Part shown: positions 36,990 through 50,159 of the stretch, one piece after another
How the letters are laid out: each line of letters opens with the position of its first letter
How positions within the stretch are numbered: position 1 is the stretch's first letter
Origin: Lama guanicoe
Taxonomy: Eukaryota
Length of the DNA stretch: 60,000 nucleotides
NCBI GenBank assembly: GCA_013239625.1
Contig: MU054391.1
Span: 436,001 to 496,000, forward strand
Direction: 5' to 3'
Notes under the pieces: generated by a model
The model's database searches: none
Seen by the model: the letters and a program-made list of their open reading frames with translations, nothing else
What the model was told of the DNA's origin: nothing
Program-made: the position numbers and the translations under genes

Positions 36990-37627
36990 TTTTTAAAATC
37001 GAAGTGCAGTCAGTTTACAATGTTGTGTGAGTTTCTGATGTACAGCATAGTGATTCAGTTACGCATGCATATATATGTGTATATATTCCTTTTCATATTG
37101 TTTTCGTTATAGGTCATTACAAGGTATTGAATACAGTTTCCTGTGCTCTACAGCAGGACCTTGTTGTTTATCTGTTTTATATCTAGCAGTTAGTATCTGC
37201 TAATCCCAAACTCCCAATTTATCCCTCCATCCTTTCCCCCGGTAACCATAAGTTTGTTTTCTATGACTGTGAGTCTGTTTCTGTTTTATAAATGAGTTTA
37301 TTTGTGTCATATTTTTGGATTCCCATATAAGTGATATCATATGGTGTTTTTCTTTCTCTTTCCGGCTTGTTTCTCTTAGAATGATGATCTCCAGGCCCAT
37401 CCATGTTGCAAATGGCATTATTTTTATCATTTTTTATGGCTGGGTAGTATTCCATTGTATGACTATACCACAGCTTCTTTATCCAGTCATCTGTTAATGG
37501 ACAATTAGGCTGTTTCCATGTCTTGGCTACTGTAAATGGTGCTGCTATGAACACTGGGGTGCAGGTGTCTTTTCAAATTAGAGTTTCCTCTGGATATATG
37601 CCCAGGAGTGGGATTGCTGGATCATAC
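36990..37627 (-). mobile_element. Young L1 3' end, 5'-truncated, with TSD
   Basis: ORFs 37261..37554 and 37200..37430 give MFIAAPFTVAKTWKQPNCPLTDDWIKKLW and MPFATWMGLEIIIL. Flanked by TGAAACCAACT (36979-36989) and TGACACCAACT (37628-37638). Confidence 0.95.
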
Positions 37628-40523
37628 TGACACCAACTAATTTTATTATTAATAATTATTGGCATTGATCATTTTAAAATAATAGGTTTAATTAGAGGCA
37701 AGCAGAAAAAATATTACAGCTGTTCAAATTTCTCTTTGGGGATATAGATGAAAAGTTACTCATTTATCAGGAGTGAATTAATAGAAACCTAGAGCTTACA
37801 GATGACATGAAATTAAAACCCACCCACCCACTCATCGGCTCTTTTACTCAGCACTTATCCAGCACCGCTAGTCCCAGGCTCCCCCAGTGACAGCACTTGG
37901 AGAAAGAAAGAAGAAAGTCAGGGACGTTTAGGTTTGCTCCCAGTCGCTGATGAGCCCCTGGGGAATGACCCCTGTGGTGTCGGGGAAGCACTGCGGACAG
38001 AAGCCACAGGAAGAAGCGGGCAGAGCGGTGGACGAAACAGACTCAAGGTCCACGGCCAGTCCGTGCCTTGGAAGCTGGTTACAGGGTCGAGGGAAACAGG
38101 AAGAAGGCCTGGTCGCCGGATGTGGTCGGGAGCTACGGTTTAAGCAAAAGTGGATGGTCCTCACTTTCCCGAGCCTTCTCGGAGCCCGTCCGCGTGATGT
38201 TCTGCCTGCAGGCGCCAGGCCCGCAGACTTGATGGGGCCACCGGGGCCCCAGTGCAGAGGAGGGTCTGTGGTGGGGCTGGGCTGCGGACCCCCCCACCCC
38301 GCCCAGGTCGAGCAGCGGGACTTTGTGCGTGATGTTGTTGGCCTGGTTCCGGTCCCAGGACGCAGACGAGGCAGTGCCACCACAGGTGCACAGACTCGGT
38401 CTGGGTTGGCCAGGCTTACGGCCTCGCTCCTGCAGGAGTTTGGGTCGGGAGGCCCCTGCGTGTGCTGCGGGCAGCCCCGCACGGTCGTTAGGCCTGGGGA
38501 CAGGCCCTGCTGCTGGGCCACCCTCAGTGTCCTTCCCCTCTCCGAGCACGCAGGTCATCCGCTGACAAACAGGCCGCACATTTTGCTCGGGCATCTGTCA
38601 GGGTCTCCTTCGCCATCACATCCAGCAGCGTCTGATTCCCACGGCCCGGCCTTCGTGGGGCCAGGACACCGGTGTGCTGCCTCGCCTGGAGCCAGCGGAT
38701 GGGAACCTGCGTCTCTGGGAGCTGCCCGCACCCGATTCTGGCCAGGAAACATTCGGCGGGGCCGTGAGGTTGTAAAGGAGCCCAGCCTCCCTTCTGGGAG
38801 CTCCACTCCAAGGCTGGCGCCGGCCGTCAGCATGGAGACCTGCAATTTACCGTGATTTCTCGGGGTGGTTCGCCGGCTCCGCTCCTGCTGCTCGAGTCCA
38901 GAAGGAGGTCCGCTGCTTCCCGGGCTGTGCCGGGCACTGTGGACGTGATCCTGTAAACGGTCTGTGCTTCTCGAGGAGAAGCCGGAGGTCACAGCAGCAG
39001 TGAGCACCAGCCTGTTGACTTCCTCGTCCACGCACTGGTGATACAATGAACACCTTCCACCCTGGGGCCCTGTGTCCCAGTGGCAAACACGGCCACACCC
39101 GCTGGCTCTCGGCTCTGTCCTTGTGAGCGACGGGGATTCGGGCGCCACCTGAGTGATGGGGCCGCCCTGCCTCCCTGCAGGGGACGCTCATGCCCGCAGA
39201 CCCGGTGGGTGGCAGGTGGGGTCCCTGTGGAGCGGGCAGCCCCACTCCACCCCGACACTTACTGCCACTTGGGAACTTTACCCCAGAAGAGTCACATTTC
39301 TGTCATTTTCCAAGAAAGTGAGAAATCTGGACTCTTAATGCAGTGTCGGTTTTGATCAAATGAACCCGATTTCCAGGTCAGATTCAGCTTCACCTGCTGC
39401 TCTGGTACCCCTGCCTGACGTGATGTGTCCCCCTAGAAACAGGCTTTGAAGGCTAATGTTGGCTTTGAAAATGTTCAAGCCAAAAGAAACCAGGGTGCGT
39501 GTGCCAGGCCGCTGCCAGCTCTGGCCGAACAGCCTGGCCCTGACGTCCACCAGGGCCCGCCCATCACCCATCCTGGTGACAGGACACGCAGGGTCTGTGG
39601 CTTCTCTCTGGAACTGCCGAGTGGGTTGGAAGGGCCGTGGCTGATCACCTGACTGCAGGGACGCCGCGTCCTGGCCTCGGGTCGGTCTCGCTGCTGCGGA
39701 GAGTTCAGGAGATGTGCCCCCTGCTCGGGGGCCTCCTCACTGCCCGTGGCCCCAGTGCCCGTCCAGCGCCCAGCAAGGCGTCCCGGGCGGGGATCAGAGC
39801 TGACAGGAGCCGGGGGCGCAGCCGCCCCTGTGGGCTTCTGGAAGGCTGGTCTCTGGATGGGGGAGGTGCCCTGCCAGCACCTGTCCCACCTCACCTGGGC
39901 CCCCAGGTCGGCAGGTGTCTGCTCCCTGGTGGTGGGGGCCGTGGGGAACAGGACCGAGGTCCCTTTCCTGTCCCTCTATTTCCCAAAATGGGGACCGAGC
40001 TCAGGACGGGTCCTGACTTGCCTGAGACGGGACACTGGACTTGGATCCCCAGTTCACCCCGGGAAGCAGGAGCCAGGCGCGACCCCGGCCCCCTGCTGAG
40101 TCTCTAGCTGCTTCCTCTTTTCTTACAAACTTTCCAGATTTGTCTTTACATTTTTCACTAAAACAACTTGCAGCGCAAAGATACCCAGAAAATGTCAGAC
40201 AAATAAATAGCACTGAAATTAAAATCAGAAGCTCAGGAATAACTTTGAGAAACTGAGCCACCTTTTCGAGGTGGAGAGTGCAGATATGTGAACCCCGGGG
40301 GCCGGTGACAGGCTGGTGGGACCGTGAGAGGCCGGTGCCCTCCCCCTGCGGGATGCAGACGGGGCAGGAGGGGCCAGCGTGGCCGCACAGCCAGCAACAC
40401 GCCCCTGCTGCCCAGTGAGGGACCTGGCTTCTCTGGGGACACGCTTGGTGGGACTGAAGGCGCCATAATGGCTGGGACTCGTGCTGGAACGCTGTCTGCA
40501 GCGACATCTTGTTCTGCTTGCAG

Positions 40524-40624
40524 GGCCCCCGGGACCACCCAGCGACCCTGACGCCGGTGGCAGTGGGACCTCCTCACCCCTCTTTGACAGCGGTTTGCAT
40601 CTGAACGGAAACTCTGGCCCCACA
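40524..40624 (+). CDS. SNTG2: SNTG2 exon 8 homologue, 101 nt
   Basis: ttgcag|GGCCCC...CCCACA|gtaagt. GPPGPPSDPDAGGSGTSSPLFDSGLHLNGNSGPT, three codons longer than recalled human. Confidence 0.94.
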
Positions 40625-41384
40625 GTAAGTGCGCCCCTCCTGACCTTTGGCTTAACCGAGTCCCCCCTCTTCCAGAGACAGGGTCCAGGATGCGCCTCCG
40701 TGGGCATGATTCCCACCGGGGCCGCCTGGGCCGCCCTCGCAGGGCACCTTAAGCTCGTGCGTCGCAGTGTCTCGTGAGCAGGTAGGGGTCCTTGCTCTGG
40801 GTCCCGGTTCTGCTTCTCCCGGGAAGCCTGACTGCAGGGGTTCTGTTCAGCAGGCTTCCACCAGACTCTCGAGAAAGCAGTTTATTCCAGAATTAACAGA
40901 AACTACCTAGGAAGTGAGAGGCTGCGTGCTTGCAGTGAGTCCCCATCGGGCTCCAAATCTTCACCTTCCCGAGAAAAGCGGAGCTGAGCAGAAACGGGGG
41001 TGGGGATGGGGGCCACAGAGGAGCCCAGGCTGGTGCCCACCCAGGGAGACCTGGCCTGACCCAGACCCTGCTGGGTGGGACCTCATCATCCACTGGGCGG
41101 TTGGCGGATACGGATTGGAATCCCGTAAGCAGCGGGACAGATGTTTTGTGGGAAATTGTACCCACTCGACTGGCGGACGGCCAGCTACCTCACCTGCAGG
41201 CAGAGCCAGAGAGGGAGCCTCGTGTTGGCACAAAGGCCGCTCTCTTCCAGTTTGACCCTTTGCAGTAGTTCTTGACATCAGGCCTGTGTGAGTTATGAAG
41301 CAAATAATAAAACGGACAACCACGGACTCACAACACAACAGGTAGCTGGAACATTGTCACGGCTTTTGTGTCACTCCCGCGCCC

Positions 41385-42250
41385 CGTGTTCCGGCCTGCC
41401 CGAAATAAACTGCATCCTGGATCTTGAGTTCGTCACCCCCTTGATAAAACAGTGCTTCATCCATATGTATAGGTCCCTAAGAGTACCCCGTTCCGTGTTG
41501 TTTGAGCCGTGGGAAATGCCGTTCTGGCCTGGCTGTCAGGGACTCGCGCCTGCACCCGCCGTCACCCACAGCCCCATGGCCGCTGTCGTGCGCGCGCCTG
41601 GCTGCGTGCGTGTGTTTTCTCCGGCCGTGGTGTGTGATCGTGTGACTGTGCTGCGGGTCATTTGCCGATCCTCGCTCGTCACCAGGCATTTGGCCTGTGT
41701 TCCTTGCTTTTTTCCTAGCCTGCTGTCACTGAGCCCAGAGCTGCCGTGAACATGCTCATAAATACCTCTCGGCTGCAGACCCCGACCTGGGATGCCAGGG
41801 CTTGGTTTCCAAAGTAATGACAGCGTCTCTTCACAGCGGCGTCCCGGCTGCCTTCCCAGAGGCAGGGGGAGGGGGCTCCAGGTGACCCGGCTTCTCCAGG
41901 CTGTGCTGTGGGCTCAGGTTTCTGAGCAGGCGGGTGTGAAGCGGCTTCCCCTGGGCTGTCACTGAGGAGGCGTGTTGGCCGGTCCTGCTGATGCTCGCTT
42001 TGCCTTCCCCTCCCTGGGGGGGGGGGCGTCACCCCTACCTGTCTGTCTTCTCCTGCCTGACGCACTGGAGTTCCCCATGTACGCTGGGAACTAATGCCTC
42101 ATGGGTTCTTGGTCTCAGCTCTCTGCTCACAGTTCACAGCTGGTGTTTCCACTGTATTTACACCAATTCCTGATAAATAGAGGTTACTTTCAGTATAGCC
42201 AGGTGTGTCCATTTCTTCCTGGTAGCGTCTGTGGCTTTAGGATCTGGTTC
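41385..42250 (-). mobile_element. Ancient L1ME-like 3' fragment
   Basis: ACTGCATCCTGGATCTTGAGTTCGTCACCCCCTTG...CATATGTATAGGTCCCTAA, GCTGCCGTGAACATGCTCAT and GTTTCCAAAGT motifs. Very degenerate. Confidence 0.5.
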
Positions 42251-42284
42251 CCAAACGTGTGTGTGTCCCAAGCAGCGTCAGTGC

Positions 42285-43180
42285 ACGTTACACCAGGACA
42301 CTTTGTGGACGTGAACAAGAAAATTCACCACATTTCTGAAGGACCAGGGAGCCAGGCGAGTCAGGGTAGTATTGAGGAAGTTGGGGGTTTGTCCCCCAGA
42401 GCAGTGTTCACGGTGGAGATGTGGCAAGTAAGGCTGTGAGAGCGTCAAGGAAAGATGGACGCAGCGGAGGGACTGTAAACGGGCCTTAGTGTATGCAGAA
42501 AACTGAGTGTCGCAGAGGGCGCTTTGGAGATCGGCGGGGGAGAAGGTGGATTGTTCAAAACTATGAACGTGTTACCCAGATGGACGCCTGAACTGCACAC
42601 CAGTCTCGGGTGGACCAAAGGCTCGTGTATGAGGCCAAATCTGTAAAACACCTAGAAAGTAAATCAGAATACTTTGTGGCCTCAGAATGAGGACTGGAAA
42701 TGTCCGTCTTTTAAAAAAGCTGAATTTGACGACATTAAAGACTTCTGTTCGTTAAACACTGCAATAATGTGAAAAGGCAGCTCAGCACTTGTTGTAACTA
42801 CTTATTATCGTTAATTATTGTTCAGAATAGAAGAACAGTTGCCATTTGAAATAGAAGGCAGCGCAATAGAAGTATGTACCAAAGTACCGTTAGGCATTTC
42901 CATAAAAGGAGACGAGTAACGACCATACGAAGAGATTCTCAGGCTCACGACTGCAGAAGAAACGCACACATCACGACGACGTCCGTCCCCTGTGGCGGAG
43001 CCTGGCAGGAAGGCCGCCCGCAGGGGGACTGACCGACGGCCCCCTGCAGGTGTGACCCCTTGGAAACAGCCTGGCGCGCCGGGTAACCCGCTGGAAGTGC
43101 CCTCCGGGGCAGACCAGAGCGCCACTTGCCTGTGCCCTGGAGGATGCGCCCAAGAATGTTCTCTGAGGCACAAGCCTGGA
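42285..43180 (+). mobile_element. Ancient L1 ORF2 3'-half fragment
   Basis: TGGACCAAAGGCTCGTGTATGAGGCCAAATCTGTAAAACACCTAGAAAG and GACGACATTAAAGACTTCTGTTCGTTAAACAC...GTGAAAAGGCAG correspond to L1 WIKDLNVRPETIKLLEE and KNFCSSKDTIKKVKRQ. Confidence 0.65.
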
Positions 43181-46100
43181 AATGGCTTGAAGTGTTGGTC
43201 AGGAGGAGAAGACGGGGAAGGACTCGGCTCTGCGGGGGCCGGGGCAGCGACGCGTCCTCACGGGCCGCCCGTTTCTGCAGCGTCAGTGGTTCCCCAGCAC
43301 CGCACTTGGGGCCACATGGGGTGGGCGTTTTGTGTTCCGGCCGCGGGCGGGCCTGCTGGGGTGGGTTTGGCAGCCGGTCGCAGCGTCTGGCTGCACACTC
43401 ACTCTGTGTTCTGCTGCTTAAAGAGGCCCCTGCATTTTATCATCCGTGTTGCATGGAACCTGCATCTGCTGAGAATTCAGGGTGCTGCTGTGGGGGAGGC
43501 GGGGCCCATGGAGCCGGGGGCATCAGGAGTGTTCTGAGTCGTGAGTCCCCTGGGAGATCACGGGCTGCAGGCAGTTTCTGCTTCACAAGCAAGCGTAGAT
43601 ACGCGTGCACAGGAGTGTGTGTGTCATGCTGACTGTGTGTTTCAAACTTTCATACAGCAGCTAGAAGGGAAAAAGCTGCCAGAAATTTAAATAAATCACT
43701 TAGAATCACCTTGGACTGAAGAAGGCTTACTTGGCAGAAGACAGTGCATAGCTACCTTACTGCTAAGGAATTCAGAAAAACGTCACATAGTTACGTAGAA
43801 ACGGTAAGCCTGTTACAGACCACCGGGGCTGGGGAGACAGAGGCTGGTCTCCCGGGAGGCATCCGAGCCCCAGCCGGTCAGCGGGGCCTACGGCTCGGGG
43901 ACACGGCAGCGCAGAGGTGACGAGAGACCCTGACCGGGAGGCTCCGCGGAGGGCGCTGGGCGGTGGTCCCCGATGCCGTCCTCCTGGAGGGGCGGCCGGG
44001 CCGTCCAGCGCGGGGCGGCCGTGTGTCGGGAGGGCGTCCGGCCACTGGCGCTGAGACTGTTCTGGGTCCTTTCGCCTTCGACGTAGCAATTCCACATCAG
44101 GAATGAACGACAGGACATTCAACATGTGCTTGAGGAGGAGTGAGTCCACCCAGCTTCTCAGGAGCGGGGAAGTAATGAGTTCCACGGTGAGCGATTCACG
44201 GGATGAGACTTTCCAGTGTTTTAAAAGGGGTTTTAGTAAGGTTGTTTAATGACTGGAACGTACTGGCATGATACTAATTTTCAAAAGCGTCTGCGCCGAG
44301 AAACACGATCATTTACAAAGGCATGGAAAAGTAAATCCTACACGCCAGGCGCTGGAAAGACGACCCGTGGAAGGAAAGGGCATGGACGCCTGCACCTTTC
44401 TCCTCACGTGTGTAGCTGCATTTCGTGATAGAATTCGTTACAAGAGCCCCAGTTTCCACAGCAGTCATTTTGCAGGAACCCCTCCGATGTCACGTCCGTC
44501 ACGGTCACCTTCTTTGTCTGGAGGAGGGTGAACTCCGAGGCACAGGAATTTAGTTCACTGAGCAAGGGGACACGGCCGTGCCTGCTCGCACACCAGGGCA
44601 CAGCCAGTGCGCACCTGCGTTGGAATCCGAGCCTGGTGACCTGGTCCTGGACCCCGCTCACTCCTGGCGGAGCCGCTCAGTGTCTGCGTCTGAAATGCGC
44701 CTGTTTTTCTCCATTACTGTCGTCACAAAATGCTGGTTTTTCTCTCGTAATGCGAAGCAGTTTTTCTCTCCGACAATTTTTTGTGCCGTCTTTTTCTCGG
44801 GAACCGGGTCTGTTCCCAACAGTCCTGACACAGGAAGTGACCCACCTCTGCTGGCGTCGGTGCTGCACTCTGCGGGTCCAGTCTCGCCAGAGTGCCGTTC
44901 CACCTCGGGAGCCCCCCGTCCTGTTCAATAATACCATGTTTCTGTAAAGACAGTATTTGCACCCTCTTCTTCTCGCCCTGTGCTTCAGTGTTTCGTTCAC
45001 CTGCAGCTTAAATCGAGCCTGATGGCTGTGAAGACTTCACCTGGCTTCCAAACAGGCCTGATTCACGACCACCCAGAGTTTAAGATCAAGCCCTGTTTTT
45101 CCCGTCATTCATGTTATAAGATTTCAATCTTATCATCGTAACAATGATTTCAATTTGAAGAATATAACAATGGTATGTTGTCAGATCGGTTCATTTGCTT
45201 TTAAATTACTTAACTGCTGTAATAATAAAAAATTTATACAACTTCAGTCATTTAGGTACTTAGCTGTCTTCAGAAAATTAATGAATTAATTTCATTAAAA
45301 TAACAAACTAAACTTTTCCACTAAAAATATATTAAGTTCAAATAGAAAAATCACTGACACATTTTTGTGGCTAAAACCACGGGGCCCAGCTCTGCAGCTT
45401 TGCTCCTGAGACGCATGTCCTCGTTTAGCTGCAGAAAGAGGGTGGAATGAAGCTTCTCCCTCAGTCATGGTTAGCATTTGATGGCTAATCGAGCCTTTAA
45501 GAGCTGCTCTTTGGAGGGAAAACAGGCAAAAATTATTTTAGTGAGAAACACACTTGGTTAAAAGCTGACAGGACGCTTCGTAGAACATGTAAACCTCATT
45601 TGCGCAAAGCGGCACATCTTCTTGAACTCCTTTGCTCAGATGCGCTTGTACGTGGCCCCTCGGCTCAGACCAGGGCCGAGGCTGGCTGGGGGGTGGTGTC
45701 TGCACAGAACACACTCGCGCCCCTTCAGAGACGGCCAGCGCCAACGCGAGACCAGGCTGCCCCCAGAGACTGACGTGCAGGTTCAGCACCGTGAAAGCTG
45801 TGGTTTGCAGGAATGCGTGTATTTTAAAACTCCTATAAAAATACTGAGCAGTGATTTATTTAACTGAGAAAATTATAAGCATTCTGGGCGAAAAGTCAAA
45901 TCCTGTAGGAACCCTGGGTTGCTCCTCTGAGCCTGTCTTAATCCTCGTTTATTTTCATGTAAAAAGGGACTAAACACACTTTGCTTAAATGTCTTAAGGT
46001 GCTGTCATATTAAATAAATATTTGTTTGTTTTGTGTTCAGAGCCTGAGACCACAGGCTGCACCTGGGACAAAGCCCAGAGAGTCCCCTCCATCCTGGGGG

Positions 46101-46439
46101 CCTGGTTCTCGGGCCGAGCGAGGGGTTGGACGGGTGGCATGGGGGCCTCTGGAAGCGGATCCGTCTCTCAGACCCTCCGTGGGGACATGCGGTGGGGATG
46201 CGGCGGGGAAGTAGGGACCGGGCTGGGGGCTTAGCAAGTGAGGAGGGACGGGCGAGGCCTGGACTGTCACCCACACCAGAGACCAAACCCCCAAAGGGAG
46301 TAATTTCGGGAGTAAAAGTTACCACGTGGGAGTCACGACAGCAAGAAGGGAAAACTGCCACGTGGACGTCACAGTGCAGTCACAACCTCTGTCCCCGAAG
46401 TGAGCACTGGGCCCACACGAGTTAGGGTGACCAGCTCGT

Positions 46440-46701
46440 CGTTAAAGTGAGGAGGACGCAGGCGTCGCGTGTGATGGAGGTCAGCTCGGGGACCACCTGG
46501 GCTGCCGGGGAGGTGCCTGCCCACCGGCTCCGGGAGCGTCCCTCGTGGGGAACGCTGTGTGTCTGGGTGCAGTCAACCTTTCTTGTAATTCAGGGCTCGG
46601 TCGCAGGAGGTGTACACGAATGTCAGGCCTCACCAAACTGCACTAGTCAGTCCTCATCACTCTGTAATTTATGCCTCAATATAGTTCAGTTAAAAAATAA
46701 A
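46440..46701 (+). mobile_element. Ancient L1MC/ME 3' terminus
   Basis: GTACACGAATGTCAGGCCTCACCAAACTGCAC...TGTAATTTATGCCTCAATATAGTT followed by an A-rich tail. Confidence 0.55.
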
Positions 46702-48649
46702 AGAAGAAAGTGGGGCGCCCCCAACCACTCACGAAGACTGTAAGACCGCAGAAGTCGGCTTCAGATTTCTCATTTGAACGTCAAGTATCAAAGCACTGAA
46801 GATTTTCCTAGAAGAGGCTGACTTCTCCACCAGCACAGAAGGTGCGGGCGGAGGGCACAGGTGGAGCATTTGAGCAGGAGGCGCGCTCGGAGGTTTGCAG
46901 CTCACCTTCATCTCGGAGAATTCGGGGCAGCGTGGGGCGTGGCTGTCCTGCAGCGTCCTGGGCTAGCACTCCCGCCGGCGGGATCCCCTCTTCCTCCTGC
47001 GCTGTGGTGCCCAGCCCTGCAGGCAGAAGGTCCCAGACAAGCTTCCTGGCCGGCGGGGGAGCCCGGAAAATCGGTGTATCCTCTTCCAGCAAAGACTGAC
47101 ACTACTACGGGCTCCGACTCAGAACTTTCATCCCAGAACCAAGGCCCCTCGGAGTCAAGGCTCCGTGAGGTGGTCGGGCACGTGTGAGTGTTTCAGAACC
47201 AGGACGGCCTGTCTCCTCTACTTCCTTGGCACCTTTCGGCTGCATCGTGAGTCACATACAGGGAAACGTGTTCTGGTGCCCCTCCTCTGGAGTCGATGGG
47301 GGGTGTCACCCCGAGTTCCCCGAGCTCTGCTCCGTGGCGGGTCCTTCAGGGGAGCTGACAGGTCCAACCCAGGGCTTCAGCTCTGCTGGGAGGAACACAC
47401 CTCGTCACCTCCACAGGCTGTTCAGCGGATGTGCCATTTGGGGCTGAAATTAGAATCGTGATCTCTGCTTTCTGCAGGAGGTGACCGTCCCTCAGCCTGG
47501 GACCCGCCCCCAGAGGTGAAGCCGCCAGGACTTGAGCTGACGGAGCCGTGACTGCCGGTTCTGGAAGGCCTGTCCCGGCCCGCTTTGCTGGTGTCCCGTC
47601 GGGAGGGGAAGCTCGGGCTCCTTCCCGAGATGCTTCCCCCAGACCTCGGGCCTTGCAGAGGCAGAGGGCGGGCAGCGTGGGGCCCGCAGGGATGCAGGGG
47701 TGGAGCGAGCTGGGAGGTGACCCCAGCCAGGCTCTGCCCTCCTCCCCCGTGGCCCTGGACCTGCCGTCAAGAGGACTCGTCTGCCCTGCGGAGACCTGGC
47801 GGCCCCCTTCAGCCTCTGGGTTCTACAAAATATTCCAGAGGAAAGTTGCATCAGGTCTGACCTGAAACTCTGGGCTGGGCAGGGGCCCCTGGGGCAGAAG
47901 AGCTCCCAGGGAGAGGGAACCGGAAGCTTCCTTTAAAACCTCACAGTCTGATGCTAAAATGCGCCCAGGGCTTACGAAGTGCAGCCTGATTTTATAGAAG
48001 AAAAGTTGTTCTTCGTAGTAGGAAATTGCTTCTTCTGGTATGTTTTGAAGAGTAAACGTAAATGATTTTATAAAACAATCCGTATTATTTTGCTCATTTA
48101 AATAATGTTTATTGTGTCCTGGAATCATTATGACCTCAGTGGTGGTGCTGCAGCAGGATTCCAGTAACTCTGGTGAGGACGCACGCTGTGGTCACAGGTG
48201 TGAGTCAGCGCGCAGCCCTCAGGGAGACTGTGTGTGAAGGACCCTCGCACCGTGGACGTGGCGCGGTGACTGCAGCCGACGGTGATGAAGCTGGTGGCTG
48301 GAGACGGGCCGCGGCGTGTCGTGAATGATGAGTCCTTACCTGGGGCAGCCGTGCTGTAGACAGACGCTCGCTCAGGGAGGCCAGCGGGAAGTCCGCCCTG
48401 CGTGCTGGCTCTGAGTCCTCCGTGCTCATGTGTGCACCAGCAAACCCCACAGCAGGCGTTAGAACGCAACGCAGAAAGATGGGAACGGAGGGGCAGTCGT
48501 AAAATCTCGCTCAGACGTCTGTTGCCTTTGCTGCCGAGCTACGGGCCATGGAATTGATAAGTACACTTAAATAAGGAATGTTGGGGGGGACCCAGATCCA
48601 GCCTCCAGGGCTTGAAATCAGGCGGCGGGGGCCCCTGTGGGGTGTCCAC

Positions 48650-48900
48650 ACTGCTCCTGACTCAGCCTCTGTCCTCACGGGGCCCTGCTCTCCCGCTCTG
48701 TGGTCTCCGTCTGCTTCCCTCTTGTGAGGATGGCTGCAGGAGCTTTTCGGGGGCCCCAGGTAATCCGGGGTCAATGCCAAGCTCCATGTCCTTCATTTAA
48801 TCACGTGGCCAGGACCCTTTGTCTAAATGAGGTGCCAGGTTCCAGGGACTGGGACCCAGTATGTTCATCCTGGGGTAGGGGCGCTGTCCAGCCAGAGAGC
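48650..48900. mobile_element. MLT1-type LTR fragment
   Basis: CCAGGTAATCCGGGGTCA...TTAATCACGTGGCCAGGACCCTTTGTCTAAATGAGGT...CAGGTTCCAGGGACTGGGAC resembles MLT1B/C. Confidence 0.55.
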
Positions 48901-50031
48901 GTCCAACACAGACTCGTGGGAAGTCTGGTCTGAGGAGGGCATCCTGGCTGTCAGGGCAGTTCTCGGGCCCTGCTGGATTCCCGAGGTGGGAGCTCTGGGG
49001 TATTCTCACGCCCACGCATCCTGAACGGCCTTACTCTTCTGAGAGGAGCACGCTGCCAGCACCGCCACCCCGCAGGCCCCTGTTTTCATCCGTGAGACCG
49101 TTTCCCGCGTTCTGGGCACTGGGGGTCGGCACACAGGGATCGAAGTCTGTGCGGCCTCCCCGGGCGTGAGCCTCTCTGGTGGAGCCCTCGGGGCCGATCG
49201 GTTTCGCCGTCTTCATTAGTGTGTTTGCTGTATGTTGGGGATTCGTACCCTGTTCTGCTCTGTTCCTGGATGGAAGGTTCCGGGAAAACCTGCCTTTCTC
49301 ACTCCTGGCCCGGCTGCTGTGAGGACGCTTCCCTGTGAAGCAGACTCAGTATCTGGCGTCCGGCGAGGTGCAGCCGCCTGGGCCCAGGGCTGTGTCCTCC
49401 CTCAGGCCCAGGACCCGGCAGTTTGCTGACTGGGCACCTGCGGGTTGTTTGTCTGGAAATGGGGCTGTTTGCGTGGCTTCATTCACATTTCCACACACCT
49501 TCCTCGCACCTGCAGGCCCTGCTGGGGAGGGACCTGGCTCCCCATCCCCAGCGGCTTCCCTGCTGCTCACGTCCATCGGGTGGACATTGAGGTCTTTGCC
49601 GTTCGTGCATAAGCCCGGTTGTGTGGCCTGGGCGACATCAGCACGTTGTCAGTGTTTCTGTGTATCACTGTGCGCTGTGTCCTGGCTTCGAGCTCTCTCC
49701 AATTTGACCTTCCAGGTCGGGGAGGTGGCTCACGGCTTCCCTGGACCCAGAGCCTTCGTCACGTCCCTGAAATTCCTTCCAGCTGTAGTCTCTCTCCCTC
49801 CCCTCCCTTGTGACTCTCCTCTCTTTGGGGCAGCATTTTGTTTTTAAAACTAGAGGAAGAACATCATTTAAATTCAGGTAGAAGAGGACGTATTTCTTCC
49901 CGGATCTCTGGGCACACGGCCGCACCTGCTCTTGCAGCAGCTGAAACGTGTTTAATGTGTGTCTGGGGGCTGGGGGCCCGGCCTGCTCTCCACCGACTCT
50001 GTGCCTGTCGCTTCCCGTCCGTCTTGCACAG

Positions 50032-50159
50032 GCCCCGTCCTCACCTCCCTCGCCCGCAGGTGATGAACCGAAGTACGAGAAGCGCCGGCTGGACGCCCTG
50101 TCGCTGCCCCCGTCCGTGGCCCGGATCTCGCGGTGCAGAGCGGGGGCGGAAGGGCTGAG
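50032..50159 (+). CDS. SNTG2: SNTG2 exon 9 homologue, 128 nt
   Basis: gcacag|GCCCCG...GCTGAG|gtgtgt. APSSPPSPAGDEPKYEKRRLDALSLPPSVARISRCRAGAEGLR vs human APSSPSSPIAKDPRYEKRWLDTLSVPLSMARISRYKAGTEKLR. Confidence 0.94.

Noticed and set aside
37950..38855. 301-aa ORF
   Set aside because: Same GC-driven stop-codon depletion, with no recognisable homology.
44690..44800. Spaced T-tracts with a charged-residue ORF on the - strand
   Set aside because: No terminal repeats or recognisable family, so no call can be supported.
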